Of a stretch of 44,178 nt of DNA, positions 25,472 to 36,303 are shown in pieces; positions within the stretch are counted from its first letter, which is position 1, and every line of letters begins with the position of its first letter. This DNA is from a virus (lineage: Duplodnaviria > Heunggongvirae > Uroviricota > Caudoviricetes). A program made the translations under genes and the position numbers. The notes under the pieces were generated by a model. The model searched no databases. It was not told the origin of the DNA and was given only the letters and a program-made list of their open reading frames with translations. Where the stretch lies: the IMG/VR virus record IMGVR_UViG_3300045988_014135; one strand, written 5' to 3'.

Positions 25472-25666
25472 ATGAAACATGAATACGACCGCAAACCAGC
25501 ACGTGACATCGTACCGGGCGACATGATTTTCAACGTTAAGACCCGTCGTCCTGTTGCCGTTGATACAGTGTTCGTCGAGTCGAACGGTAAACTGGTCATC
25601 GAAGATGTAACCGGTAACGTTACGGCGTTTGGGCGGAAGGAATTGGTACTCTACGTTAAGGGTTGA
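25472..25666 (+). CDS. small hypothetical protein (PGD-motif family)
   Basis: 64 aa; DIVPGDMIF motif shared with 10603..10767. Confidence 0.45.
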   Translation: MKHEYDRKPARDIVPGDMIFNVKTRRPVAVDTVFVESNGKLVIEDVTGNVTAFGRKELVLYVKG

Positions 25667-27093
25667 TTATGTCTAAATTTATCCGTCGAGAGTACCAGAA
25701 GCTCATGACTTCGTTCATGCTGCAACACCCGCGCTGTAATATTTGGGCCTCGATGGGCGCGGGCAAAAGTTCCGCAACGATGTGGGTTCTAAACCGCCTG
25801 TTCCGCAACGGGCAGCTTACGGAAGAGGACCGCGTGTTAATCCTCGCCCCGTTACGTGTTGCATCCGGTACGTGGCCCGCAGAACAAACTAAGTGGGGTT
25901 TCCCTTGTCTGAGTGTCGTCGATGCGACCGGTAGCGAGAGGCGCCGCATCGCGGCGCTGGAGTCGGACGCTAACGTGGTATGCACCAACTACGAAGTTAT
26001 CGAGTGGCTGATTGACTACTACGGCAAAGACGACTGGCCTTTTACGGTTATCGTTGCCGATGAGAGCACGAAACTGAAATCATTCCGCAGTCGTTCAGGC
26101 GGCAGCAAGCGGGCAAAGGCGCTTAGCAAGGTTGCGTTCGGTAAGGTCAAGCGTTTTATAAACCTGACGGGAACGCCATCACCTAACGGCCTCAAAGACT
26201 TGTGGGGCCAGAACTGGTTTATCGACGCTGGCGAGCGCCTCGGCTCATCGTACACGGCATTCACCGACCGCTGGTTCAACTCGGTACAGAAAGGCAAATC
26301 GGCTATGGCGCGCGAATACCACGCTCGCCCTGGTGCGGATAATGAAATTCACCAGAAGATGAAAGACATCAGCCTGACGATTGACGCCGCCGAGTGGTTT
26401 GGTTGCGAAGCGCCGATTATTGTACCGGTTGAAATTGACCTGCCGAAGAAAGCACGTCAGGCGTACATCGATATGGAGGAAAAGTTATTCGCGGAACTGG
26501 AGAGCGGAGAAGTTGAAGCGGCTAACGCGGCTGCGAAGACATCTAAGTGTTTGCAGATTGCGTCCGGTGCCGTGTATGTATCAGGGCCAGATGGCGAAGC
26601 AACGAAAGACTGGGAGAAAGTGCATGACACGAAGCTGGACGCGCTGGAGTCCATTGTTGAAGAGTTGCAGGGTGCGCCGTTACTGGTGGCCTATCAGTTC
26701 AAGCATGAACTGGAGCGCATCCTTAAGAGATTCCCACAAGCCCAGGCGTTTGCCAAAGGGGCCAAGGGTAATAAGCAGATGGAAGCGTGGAACCGCGGTG
26801 AAATCGAGATTTTGTGCGTGCATCCCGCATCAGCCGGCCATGGTTTGAATTTACAGGACGGCGGCCATCATCTGGCGTTCATCTCGCAAGGCTGGAACCT
26901 TGAGCACTATTTGCAGGTCGTGGAGCGTATAGGTCCGGTCCGCCAGAAACAGGCAGGCCACGAACGACCGGTGTTCCTTTATCACATCGTTGCTAAAGAC
27001 ACGCTGGACGAGGTTGTTGCCGCGCGTACCGACGAGAAGAAAACGGTGCAGGAAGAGTTGCTTAATTACATGAAGAGACGAGGTAAGAAATGA
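25663..27093 (+). CDS. SNF2/DEAD-like ATP-dependent helicase
   Basis: Walker A SMGAGKSSATM, DExx box VIVADESTKL, C-terminal helicase-type block. Confidence 0.7.
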   Translation: MIMSKFIRREYQKLMTSFMLQHPRCNIWASMGAGKSSATMWVLNRLFRNGQLTEEDRVLILAPLRVASGTWPAEQTKWGFPCLSVVDATGSERRRIAALESDANVVCTNYEVIEWLIDYYGKDDWPFTVIVADESTKLKSFRSRSGGSKRAKALSKVAFGKVKRFINLTGTPSPNGLKDLWGQNWFIDAGERLGSSYTAFTDRWFNSVQKGKSAMAREYHARPGADNEIHQKMKDISLTIDAAEWFGCEAPIIVPVEIDLPKKARQAYIDMEEKLFAELESGEVEAANAAAKTSKCLQIASGAVYVSGPDGEATKDWEKVHDTKLDALESIVEELQGAPLLVAYQFKHELERILKRFPQAQAFAKGAKGNKQMEAWNRGEIEILCVHPASAGHGLNLQDGGHHLAFISQGWNLEHYLQVVERIGPVRQKQAGHERPVFLYHIVAKDTLDEVVAARTDEKKTVQEELLNYMKRRGKK

Positions 27094-27275
27094 AGCTTAA
27101 TGTTGGAGACGAAATATACAGCGTACATTCATTCAATACTTTCACAATCGAGTACATATCAAAAGACGGCAACAGCTTTGTTTTGGTAAGCTCAGACGGT
27201 AAGTACGAAAATTCACGATGCTACACACTGCCGGATATAAAGCGCAGTTTCAAGAAAAGCGAAGGTAAGAAATGA
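27090..27275 (+). CDS. small hypothetical protein
   Basis: 61-aa ORF overlapping helicase stop. Confidence 0.4.
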   Translation: MKLNVGDEIYSVHSFNTFTIEYISKDGNSFVLVSSDGKYENSRCYTLPDIKRSFKKSEGKK

Positions 27276-27409
27276 ACGTCATAGCCCCGATCCCCGCATT
27301 GCAAAAACGTATCAAGGAACTCGAAGAAGAGGTTCTACGACTACGACAGCAAAGAGACGCCGCTAATGCGCAACTGGCGTTTGTACTGGAGAAGTTATCC
27401 GAAGATTAG
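27272..27409 (+). CDS. small coiled-coil protein
   Basis: 45 aa (LQKRIKELEEEVLRLRQQRD); last gene before terminator. Confidence 0.35.
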   Translation: MNVIAPIPALQKRIKELEEEVLRLRQQRDAANAQLAFVLEKLSED

Positions 27410-27440
27410 AGAAAAGGCCCCGATTGGGGCCTTAGTTTTA
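27409..27440. terminator. bidirectional intrinsic terminator (AAGGCCCC-GATT-GGGGCCTT)
   Basis: Between convergent replication and tail operons; T-rich on both sides. Confidence 0.7.
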
Positions 27441-29432
27441 TCCTAGTTTTGTATACGTCCAGTTAAATGTCGTCGTGCCCTGACTTGTTATCGCTACATC
27501 CCTTCCTGATGCAGAAAACGTTATGAATGCCCCCACTTTTAATGGCGTTAGAGTTAACGCACCATCATACATCGCTAGTTGGGTAGAAGAGTAGTTGGTT
27601 CCGCTATCCGAAGCCCATACACTAATGAGATACATCCCCTGCATATTTGGCAATGTAAACAATGTTGTTTGCGTACTGGCATTTACTAATTGCGTTCCTT
27701 TTGCGGTGTAGAAACCGGGGGTCTGTAGACCAGCGGATGATACTTGTTGGGTGTACCCACCAGATACAAGACCAGATATCGGGGTGCAGAACCAGTTAAC
27801 ATTACCCTGACTAACTACTGATATAACGGGGGTGCCACCTGCAGGCGCGCGCCAGCGTCCGCTGTACACGTCAATTCGGGATGTTGCGTCCTTAGCGTAT
27901 AACGTAACAGGGTATCCAGTTCCGATGTAAGTGATTGCGTTCTCCGACAAGTCATCCTCAGAAGAGTCGATTATAACCTGACTTGTTCCGGATGCCTTTA
28001 TGAAAGAAACGACACCACTTGCCGCGGGGGCTACAGTTTTCATCTGGTTTTGATGAGCTGTTAAGCCAGATATTTTGCCATTAGTGTTCTCAAAATGGAT
28101 AAGAGAACAATCGGAGCCGCCGTCTGTAGAAATGATATTTCCTTCAGCATCAAATCCCATGATGTTAACCGAGTGCGAGTTAACGAAATGCAAACCGGCA
28201 CTCCCGTAAGACCCTCCGGATACGCCTATCGCTGATTGGTCCATAGCGCAGTTGAGCATAGTTACAGACATGACGGCACCAAATTGATAAGGCGAGACGC
28301 ATCCGGATGCGTAGCAAGTCTCCATCAAAATTGTTGTTCCTAGTGTTTTAATAAAGCCATCATGACAATTTCGCGCCCATACGTTTTGTAACTTAGTAAG
28401 GTAAGTTCCGGTGGTGTCGGAGAAACAGCGCCATGCACCATGTACTGTGCAGTTTTTAATCTCAGACATTTCAAGACCAGTAGTACCGGCTTCAGTGGAG
28501 TAGAAATTAAATGCTATCTTCCCACTATTTCCGGTCGTGACGGTTGGCGTATCCCCCGGATTGTAGAATATATACAGTCCGTCGATGAACAGTTGAATCA
28601 TTTTCGTCCCACCGGAAGAGCTGCCCTGAGCGAGCGCGAAAAGGGATATATCTCCGTCAACGGATATAAACGACTGGGCACGGTTGATGCCGTCGGTGTT
28701 CTCGCCGACGATTCTGACGCTATTATTGAAATAGATGGTGGAGTTAACGAAGCCCGTTCCTTTTGGGATTAGCACTGTCTTTTTGGAGTTGCATGCGGCC
28801 TGTATGGCAGCGTAATCAGTCGACTGGGTAAGACTCGTAACAAAGGGGTATACCATCTGGGCTGCTGTAAGAGTAGAGAATTTCTCGCTTAGTGGGTGGA
28901 TGTCACCATCCCATGTAGCGCCGAAGTCATAAATACTTACAGCATCACTTACCTTGCTATGTAGGGTTCTCCCAACGGCTCCGGCCAGTACAGATTTAAC
29001 CCCGACCATGGCGTCGCCTAGTTGCACATCGTCCGTGTTTGCTAAATCATCGCGTAGATATGGGTCGGTCTGCGGCTTCCAGTTAGCGTTACCGACCGGG
29101 TTAAACGATGCAGGGACAACAACCGGAAGCGTACCCGCGTATGAGTACCACGTTTTACTCACCGGGTCATAAACAATTTTGTCACGGTCATTAACAGTTA
29201 GCGTGCCGCCGGTAGAAAAGTCCCACGATACGGGAGAAAAACCAGCGTCACGCAGTACCGCCGGGAGGGTCTTCTGCGTCTGGCCTGTAACAGCATTGGT
29301 CGCGTAATCAATATCTGCACCACCAGCAACCCCGCCTGCTTTACCGGTGATAACCTCGATTTCGAAAATCTGGTGTTTACGTGCGATTTGCATCGACTCC
29401 AGACTTACAACATCACCACATCCGCTTGACAT
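27438..29432 (-). CDS. tail fibre / tailspike (receptor-binding protein candidate)
   Basis: 664 aa, last gene of tail operon; Gly/Ser/Thr/Asn-rich with repeated short beta-strand-like segments. Confidence 0.5.
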   Translation of the reverse strand: MSSGCGDVVSLESMQIARKHQIFEIEVITGKAGGVAGGADIDYATNAVTGQTQKTLPAVLRDAGFSPVSWDFSTGGTLTVNDRDKIVYDPVSKTWYSYAGTLPVVVPASFNPVGNANWKPQTDPYLRDDLANTDDVQLGDAMVGVKSVLAGAVGRTLHSKVSDAVSIYDFGATWDGDIHPLSEKFSTLTAAQMVYPFVTSLTQSTDYAAIQAACNSKKTVLIPKGTGFVNSTIYFNNSVRIVGENTDGINRAQSFISVDGDISLFALAQGSSSGGTKMIQLFIDGLYIFYNPGDTPTVTTGNSGKIAFNFYSTEAGTTGLEMSEIKNCTVHGAWRCFSDTTGTYLTKLQNVWARNCHDGFIKTLGTTILMETCYASGCVSPYQFGAVMSVTMLNCAMDQSAIGVSGGSYGSAGLHFVNSHSVNIMGFDAEGNIISTDGGSDCSLIHFENTNGKISGLTAHQNQMKTVAPAASGVVSFIKASGTSQVIIDSSEDDLSENAITYIGTGYPVTLYAKDATSRIDVYSGRWRAPAGGTPVISVVSQGNVNWFCTPISGLVSGGYTQQVSSAGLQTPGFYTAKGTQLVNASTQTTLFTLPNMQGMYLISVWASDSGTNYSSTQLAMYDGALTLTPLKVGAFITFSASGRDVAITSQGTTTFNWTYTKLG

Positions 29433-29444
29433 ATAGAGTCCTCT

Positions 29445-32075
29445 TTAACTAAAACCGTTGCTGAATCCGTCGGAGAAACCGCGACCGAAAGGCGCGACGC
29501 CGTCGTATTTATAGAAATCTGCTTCATAGTTAATCCCGGTAATCTTAACCGTTCTGTCGTCTCCGGGGTCAACTGTAGAAACAAGAATCATCTGAGCATT
29601 ATGCCTTGCTTCGTTACCGAATGAAAACTCAGTTTTTAGTGCGCTATTCCCTGTGTATATCGCCTCTTGAGGCGCAGAGAGCATAACCACTTCACGGTCG
29701 TGGCTTCCAGGCACAACAGCAACACTTTGAACTCCGCCGTCTCTCTTCTTAAGAATCAGTGAGTGGTCATCCCCCGGAGTAAACGTAACCGGCTGAGAAA
29801 GAGTAAGGGTAAGCCCATTAACGGCAACGACATAACCATCTTGAGGTGCTACTCGCGAGCCTTTAACTACGCTTATTGCCCGTCCTGGAAGCACAAAAAC
29901 CCCTTCTTCTGTCGCCGTGAATGATACCGTCACCTTCTTCAACAGGTTCTTCTGGTACCGACGGTACGCCGCCCAGTACGCCTGACGATAATTACGTATA
30001 CCTTTAGAGTCATACGTTTCTGTGTTAACACCGCCCTCGGCGGGAATGCTGATGGTCTCTTTTACGTTAGTATCTGGGTCGATGTAGGAGAACTTAAGAC
30101 TATCGTATACCTGAGCGTCGTTGAATGTGCGCGTCCACTTTTCCGAAGCTGTTGTCTTACTTCGATGTGTGAATACCATTTCCGGCCCCATACGCGGGCG
30201 CTCGAAATCCAGTAATATGTCTTGCCCTTTACGATATGGAGTGCAGAAAATAGCATCGGCTATTGTGCTGATGATATCCTGCATGGTCATTTTATAGTCG
30301 TCAAAAGTGTAGCAGAATTGACCCGCCTCCACGTTACCGAAATAATTCTCAATCTCGGTCTGAGTCGCTAACAACTTGTCCATATTGGATGTTGTTAGGT
30401 TGAGATTACCTACTACCGGGTCACGGGCGAGACGTATTAATGATTGAATGGCCTGAGTATTCGGTGTCATTACGGTGTCGAATACACCATTACCGAGGTA
30501 TTTGTACACCATCTCTGTGGCGACCATACGTAACTGTGGTTGCTTAATCTCTGCGGCCCGCGGCGTCTGCTTACGTGCCGAGTGTACGGTAGTACGATTG
30601 CCGTAATGTGGCGTAGTGTCACGGACCTGACCGTAAAGGTTGATATAGGAAACCTCGTCTACCACGGTGCCCTCGAAATCAAGGTCCAGGTTGGTAACAC
30701 GACGGGCACGTACCCTAACTTTCGACCTCATGGGCAAGTCGGCGTAAATAGTAACTCCGGTGTAGTCGGCGGACCGACCAGATATAACGGCCTGTTTTGA
30801 ATAGATACTCCCGTATGGGGCACCGGTTTCATCGAGTAGTTGGTATTGGAGTTCAATAGTTACCGACGTACGCAATTTACTGCCGTTGTCTTTATACATA
30901 CCGTTAGCGGCAGCGATGTTGACTACTACGCGTTCAACTTCCAGGCGGTTTAAGGTGGTCCAGTCGGTTAATGTTCTTTCATACGTATCCACGGGGCCTA
31001 CCCACGTGTCACTTCTCTGGGAAAGTGAATAGGTGGTTGAGCCTAAAGCAGCCCAATTAGACGCGCCGCCGGTGTCGACCCGCAGCTCGAAGTTATCGAC
31101 ATAAAGAACACGAAAGTTGCCGTTGGTATTTGTTACGTCCGGAACGTCAAAGTTATTGAACGACGCGGTGTCACCAACAGATAATATTTCCGCGAAGCCA
31201 GAATCCCCCGTGTCGTCATACAGGTATCCAATTTTTGTAGCAGAGTCATATCTCACGCGGCCCGTGTCGCTTGGGTTGACCCGAATATCGTTCTGGGCTT
31301 TAAGAACGGCTCCATCTACTTCATTAGACGCGATAGTTATATAAAGATTCTGATTGATAGGTTCCCCCACCAGAAGCTGCGGGGTATTTGTATTGTTGGG
31401 GGATGTAAACGGCGCGTACACCGCGACAGAGGTCCCCGTAATCTCCTGTACCTTAGTATCGCCGTCGGTAATATCTTCGGCCCTGATGTCCAGATACCCA
31501 CGACCGGCATCGTAGTATCCGTATTCAATAATGCGACCAGATTCATCGAATATTTTATAGGTAGTCATGAGGTCATTAGGGATAGTCTGGACTCTGCCGC
31601 AAATATCATACGACCGTTCATATGGACGGGGTTTATTGTTTCGGTCCGTCAGGCTGTTGTTGGGGGACTCAGCCTGCTGGTTCGCTAAACTCGTTTTAGG
31701 CGTTTTCTGCGACGGAGAAATCAACTTGGTAACAAATTTAAGCACACCCAAAGGGTCCAGGAGTTTACCCAGAAAACCGCCACCGCCACCAGCGCCTTCG
31801 ATAATATGGAAAACATCGTCTTCTTTCAGCGCTTCGAAATCTTCAGTTACTTCCGTGTCCTCGCCGATCTCGCCACGGTAAATACGTACAGGCACCCCGT
31901 CGGGGATGTTAGCGACGACGTATTCCATCGGCGGTACGTTGTGCCGTTCGCGGTCGAAAGTACCGTCTTCGTTACGGGTGTAATGTAATGTCAGCGCCAA
32001 AATTCTATCTCCGCATAAGTTTCGCGCAAGTCTTCCAGACGGTCTAACCGTACCTGGCGACTCGCCAGCTCGCAA
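29445..32075 (-). CDS. tail tip / central fibre protein (lambda J-like candidate)
   Basis: Largest tail ORF (876 aa as drawn); true start probably internal (MEYVVANIPDG, about 31928) because the ORF overlaps the upstream gene by 85 nt. Confidence 0.5.
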   Translation of the reverse strand: MRAGESPGTVRPSGRLARNLCGDRILALTLHYTRNEDGTFDRERHNVPPMEYVVANIPDGVPVRIYRGEIGEDTEVTEDFEALKEDDVFHIIEGAGGGGGFLGKLLDPLGVLKFVTKLISPSQKTPKTSLANQQAESPNNSLTDRNNKPRPYERSYDICGRVQTIPNDLMTTYKIFDESGRIIEYGYYDAGRGYLDIRAEDITDGDTKVQEITGTSVAVYAPFTSPNNTNTPQLLVGEPINQNLYITIASNEVDGAVLKAQNDIRVNPSDTGRVRYDSATKIGYLYDDTGDSGFAEILSVGDTASFNNFDVPDVTNTNGNFRVLYVDNFELRVDTGGASNWAALGSTTYSLSQRSDTWVGPVDTYERTLTDWTTLNRLEVERVVVNIAAANGMYKDNGSKLRTSVTIELQYQLLDETGAPYGSIYSKQAVISGRSADYTGVTIYADLPMRSKVRVRARRVTNLDLDFEGTVVDEVSYINLYGQVRDTTPHYGNRTTVHSARKQTPRAAEIKQPQLRMVATEMVYKYLGNGVFDTVMTPNTQAIQSLIRLARDPVVGNLNLTTSNMDKLLATQTEIENYFGNVEAGQFCYTFDDYKMTMQDIISTIADAIFCTPYRKGQDILLDFERPRMGPEMVFTHRSKTTASEKWTRTFNDAQVYDSLKFSYIDPDTNVKETISIPAEGGVNTETYDSKGIRNYRQAYWAAYRRYQKNLLKKVTVSFTATEEGVFVLPGRAISVVKGSRVAPQDGYVVAVNGLTLTLSQPVTFTPGDDHSLILKKRDGGVQSVAVVPGSHDREVVMLSAPQEAIYTGNSALKTEFSFGNEARHNAQMILVSTVDPGDDRTVKITGINYEADFYKYDGVAPFGRGFSDGFSNGFS

Positions 32076-32356
32076 TGACTAACCATACCGTCATAGTATA
32101 CTCCGGCGTGCCAGATTACACGGTTTCTGTGCCGTGTTGCCATCAGCACGGCATCGAAGTTTTGCGGAGTTTCTACGCGTACAAGGCCTTTAGTATCTTT
32201 ATGGCCTTCTTCGAAGGCGTCGTTAATCTGTGTTGGCGAAGCGACGTTAAACTCAGGCGTAAAGAGGCCTACATCCGCACGAACGTTACGGACATGGTGC
32301 CAGCAATTACGACGGCGAAAGTCGTACGGCAACCCTGTATAAGAATTAATATTCAT
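31991..32356 (-). CDS. tail assembly protein, NlpC/P60-like (lambda K-like candidate)
   Basis: Cys...His...His spacing (RRNCWHHV...HAGVYYDG...SHC) as in papain-like NlpC/P60 folds. Confidence 0.4.
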   Translation of the reverse strand: MNINSYTGLPYDFRRRNCWHHVRNVRADVGLFTPEFNVASPTQINDAFEEGHKDTKGLVRVETPQNFDAVLMATRHRNRVIWHAGVYYDGMVSHCELASRQVRLDRLEDLRETYAEIEFWR

Positions 32357-32868
32357 GTGGACAAAACGCCCCGTAACAATGGGATTACTGAAGGGGTCAT
32401 TAGTTCACCAGTGGCCCTTTGGTTCAACATAGGAACGCCAACGTCGGCGGTAAATAGCCCCTTTTCCTGGTTTATCGACTGTAACTCGTACACAACAGGC
32501 CCATCAGCCGGGTAAGACAAATCAGTACCAACAAAACGGCGGAATATGAATTTAGGTAGCACGGTATTATCAGGCGGTATCCTGTCCATCTCATCATCTA
32601 ACTGGTTACCAATATCAGGTAATGCGAACGACGCCCGCTGGTCCATGTCGTTATTGTTGGCGGCCCCTTTAGCCTCCATAGGGGTAGCCTCAAACGTTAC
32701 GACTTCTCCGGTCTCTAACGTCGCCGTCAGGTCGGAAGTTCCGCGCACAAGCAAATACCGCTTTGAAAGAAGCGGGTGTACTATCTCCAGCGTCGTGTAG
32801 TCAATTTCGCCGTCGGGATTTGAGGCCAGCTTACGGCGGTAGGCTGCTTCTACAGATTCCTGGCTCAT
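32353..32868 (-). CDS. minor tail protein
   Basis: 171 aa between distal tail genes; by position. Confidence 0.4.
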   Translation of the reverse strand: MSQESVEAAYRRKLASNPDGEIDYTTLEIVHPLLSKRYLLVRGTSDLTATLETGEVVTFEATPMEAKGAANNNDMDQRASFALPDIGNQLDDEMDRIPPDNTVLPKFIFRRFVGTDLSYPADGPVVYELQSINQEKGLFTADVGVPMLNQRATGELMTPSVIPLLRGVLST

Positions 32869-32871
32869 AAA

Positions 32872-33963
32872 TTAACCGTCCACATTAAAATCAATACGAG
32901 TGATATATTTACTGCCCCACGCAGAATCCGCTTGGGGGATAGTCGCGTAACCGTCAACAGCCTGAACGTTTACCACAGAGCTGTCGGAGTATGTAATGTC
33001 GATGCTTGTTGCGCCGTTCATTGCTACTTTTGCCGATGCCGCTTGGCGGCCCACAGCAGACGAATCTGTGATTATTGGCGACGTGGCAAATGGTTTTTTT
33101 TCAACCTGAGCGGACGCAACTGAAAAAGAAGATGCTCCATCCGATGCGTAAGACGTGAGTCTGGTAGACGTCATAGACGGTATGCTTGCTACCGCTATGG
33201 AGGATAGTGCAGAACCGTCCCCTGTCGCGATTGTGGTAGTTGAGCATAGAACCCGCCCAGTGCCTAACCCGCCTATCTGGTAGTTAATAGAACCGCCTTC
33301 TGGCGGAACACGCCCAACGGCAACACCATCAATAAATGTTAGAGGCCATTCATTAGTGGCTGATTGCACAAGATTGCCGTTGCGGTTGATGTAATAAACC
33401 TGCGGCCCGTCGTACACAATGCGGCTATCCAGGGCGGACGCCAGAAGGTTAATCGGCGGGTATCCTGCGGGCCCTTCATCGCTCCAGATGCGCGGGAACG
33501 TAGTCTCATAGTTCGCGTATATTTTCAGGAAACTACCCAGACAATCCCCGTAGCAACCATACAAATCTGGCAGATTCTTAGTAAGACATGTGTCTTCCTG
33601 AATTGCTGTGCGCTCTGCTGTAGCCGTAAACGTAATGACCCAGTTCTTGCCGTCGTCTGTGCTATCGCTAATATCAGACGTAATAAGAACCTGGTGGTCT
33701 TCGATACCTAAACCCGTATCGTGCGGCATGATAAATGAAGACGCACCGCCGTCTATGTTGTTCAGGAAGCTATAGAACGCCTGGCGACCGAGCGATGATA
33801 CGACCAGGGTAACGCTAATCGGCACCGGTTCGAAGTATGTATCACGCCCCTGACGAGGCACACCGCCCTGAACTTCTGTACGCCAGATATTACTCCCTCG
33901 CGTTTGGGAGTACCCCTTCGACACTATTGGTCGAAGGGACATAGGGAATCTCAAATCACTCAT
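32872..33963 (-). CDS. minor tail protein (distal tail candidate)
   Basis: 363 aa immediately downstream of tape measure; by position. Confidence 0.4.
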   Translation of the reverse strand: MSDLRFPMSLRPIVSKGYSQTRGSNIWRTEVQGGVPRQGRDTYFEPVPISVTLVVSSLGRQAFYSFLNNIDGGASSFIMPHDTGLGIEDHQVLITSDISDSTDDGKNWVITFTATAERTAIQEDTCLTKNLPDLYGCYGDCLGSFLKIYANYETTFPRIWSDEGPAGYPPINLLASALDSRIVYDGPQVYYINRNGNLVQSATNEWPLTFIDGVAVGRVPPEGGSINYQIGGLGTGRVLCSTTTIATGDGSALSSIAVASIPSMTSTRLTSYASDGASSFSVASAQVEKKPFATSPIITDSSAVGRQAASAKVAMNGATSIDITYSDSSVVNVQAVDGYATIPQADSAWGSKYITRIDFNVDG

Positions 33964-33966
33964 TGG

Positions 33967-36303
33967 TTAATACCCCGGCTGGTTTCGTGTAGCCCGGCGG
34001 GACTTGGAGATTGCACTGTTGCTGTCTTGTAACGCCGCCGATACTGTTTCACTGATGATAACACGTAACCGCCCTTCGTCGTCACGCTCTGTAACGGCGG
34101 AATCAACTCGTCCGGTGGTGTTGTTGACGATTGTCACGCTGTCACCGCCTGACTTGTTGCCGTTCTCGCCCATAATCTGGCGCATCTGTTCTGCGGTACG
34201 GACGCGTGACGCACCTGCCGGCATAATAACTTCGGGCTTGTTACGTTCTGCAATGGTGGATAGCTGCCCGGCAGCTAAGTTACCACCCTGTTCACGGGCC
34301 GAACGAATCTTGCTGATGTTAGCGAGACCTGCCGCTACCGCTGTAGCTGCTGCTATCGGCCCAAGTATCCAACCAACAAAAGGAATCGCGGACGCAGATT
34401 TATAAGCCTCGATGGCGGATGTGTATGTGGCGATGGTGGCCTGGGCGATAGCAAACGCTTTATAAGCGGTAGACGCTTCGCCAAGCGACGATTTAATATT
34501 ATCCGCCATCATTCCGAAAGCGTTACCGGTAGCGTTGGCACGTTTCAAAGCATACTGGTCGTTTATAGCATTAACCGCAGCCTGGTACTGCTCCTCGTTA
34601 ATAAGGTTCTGTTCGCGATATCGGTCTGCAACGTCAAGTTTTTGTTGTTCCTGAATCTCCAAAAGCTCAAGCTCTGCGGCATTCTGACCCATAATCTGAG
34701 CCATGAAGTCTTCACCTTTCTGGTTCTTCTTCTGTCGTTCTTTCTTCCGCTTGGCGAGTTCTTCCTGGCGAGCGGTGTCCGCCTCCAACATAATCTGAGT
34801 TTTAGCGTTCTCGTATTGCTGGTCGCTAAGAAGCTGATTGCCGTAAAACTCCTGTAGCTTGGTTAGCTGCTGTTCCTGGTTGGCTTCTATTTTCTGGAAT
34901 ACGTCATCATTGAGATGAATCGACTGGTAGTAGAAATCCTCAGCGGCTTTCTTCTGGCGCTTGAACGCATCTGCGGCTTTCTTAGCGGCTTTTGCACCTG
35001 CGCTATCATCTTCGGATCCGCCACCAGTACCGGTTACCTTAAATTTACTAAGACCTTCTTCCTTAGCGGCTTCTTTGTCGATGTCATATGCCGCGCGTTT
35101 AAGCGCGACGATATTTTGCTGAGCCTCCACCTGTTCGCGGAAACTTTTACGGGTCAGGTCCGCAACATCGCGCTGAGTATCCAGTGCCATCCCTAGCTGG
35201 AAGTTAATGTTTTTTGCTACGTCTACAGATTCCCCTGGTGTGAAGGCAGCTTTCACCAACCGGCCAGCGTCCTGTGCCCCTTTAACCATATCTTCAAAGA
35301 AGCGCTCCATCGCGGTAAATTCTTCTGCGATGAAATCGAGCGCATCGGCAGCTGATTCCGCGATGGTTGTCGCCGTTTGTTCGCCGCTGTCGGTGATACT
35401 TTTACTGCTAAAATCCCAAAGTTCATTCAGCCCGTTTATTGCGTCGCCTACGAAACCAAATGCCGCGTCGAACGACATCTCTATCGCGCTGCCCACTTCT
35501 GACGCGATGTCACCCCACATACGCATCTCAGCGGTGAGTTCGCCGGATGCTACCTGTGCGTTAAGTTCCTGGATTAAATCATCGATGTACCGGATAGGTT
35601 CCGCAAGAGCACCAACATCAAGGCTGGTGGCCAGTGTCATTTTTAACTGCGACCATGAGTCGCTGGCACTGGCGATGGCCCCGTTAAGTGTGTTGGCCTG
35701 GTCCGCCATAGCCCCCGCGAAGTTTACGTTACCAATGTTGAGCAGGTATTGCTCGATGTCGGCAGCGCTCTTCTTAACTACCGTAGTGGTGCCCTGGAAT
35801 GTAAATTCAACATCGTTTTTGTTCTGCTTGGCCTTGATACCAAATTCTTTAAGGCGCTCAAATTCAAATGTACTAGCGTCCGCAACGGCCTCAATCATCT
35901 GATTAAGGTCTTTACCCATAGCAGCGGCAGTGTTGCCATAGGAGCGCAACGCTTCTTCTGAGGGGGTAAGGCCGAGAGCCACCAGTTTACGGAATCCCTC
36001 TACCGCCTGTTCAAGGCCATACGGAGTGTCGCGCGCGAAGTCTTGCAGGATGCTTAACGCCTGTCTTGCCCCCTGCGTGCTTCCGGTTAGCGTTTTCAGG
36101 CTGGCGGACATCTTGTCCAGTTGCCGTTGGGAGTCTACCAGTTCCTGTGCGGCCTTGTACGCGGTCGCGGCGACAATTGAAGCGAGTCCAGCTACGGCTG
36201 CCCCCGCTACTTTTGCCGACTTGGAGAGATTATCAAGACGGTCCGATGTAGCTTTCGCGCCTTGCTCTGATACCTTTACAACTAAACTAGCTACATCAGC
36301 CAT
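33967..36303 (-). CDS. tail tape measure protein
   Basis: 778 aa, Ala/Gln/Glu-rich helical protein following the chaperone genes. Confidence 0.8.
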   Translation of the reverse strand: MADVASLVVKVSEQGAKATSDRLDNLSKSAKVAGAAVAGLASIVAATAYKAAQELVDSQRQLDKMSASLKTLTGSTQGARQALSILQDFARDTPYGLEQAVEGFRKLVALGLTPSEEALRSYGNTAAAMGKDLNQMIEAVADASTFEFERLKEFGIKAKQNKNDVEFTFQGTTTVVKKSAADIEQYLLNIGNVNFAGAMADQANTLNGAIASASDSWSQLKMTLATSLDVGALAEPIRYIDDLIQELNAQVASGELTAEMRMWGDIASEVGSAIEMSFDAAFGFVGDAINGLNELWDFSSKSITDSGEQTATTIAESAADALDFIAEEFTAMERFFEDMVKGAQDAGRLVKAAFTPGESVDVAKNINFQLGMALDTQRDVADLTRKSFREQVEAQQNIVALKRAAYDIDKEAAKEEGLSKFKVTGTGGGSEDDSAGAKAAKKAADAFKRQKKAAEDFYYQSIHLNDDVFQKIEANQEQQLTKLQEFYGNQLLSDQQYENAKTQIMLEADTARQEELAKRKKERQKKNQKGEDFMAQIMGQNAAELELLEIQEQQKLDVADRYREQNLINEEQYQAAVNAINDQYALKRANATGNAFGMMADNIKSSLGEASTAYKAFAIAQATIATYTSAIEAYKSASAIPFVGWILGPIAAATAVAAGLANISKIRSAREQGGNLAAGQLSTIAERNKPEVIMPAGASRVRTAEQMRQIMGENGNKSGGDSVTIVNNTTGRVDSAVTERDDEGRLRVIISETVSAALQDSNSAISKSRRATRNQPGY

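Noticed and set aside
34004-35902. Several plus-strand ORFs (133, 93 and 231 aa)
   Set aside because: Antisense to the tape measure gene; Ser/Ala-rich low-complexity translations without start context.
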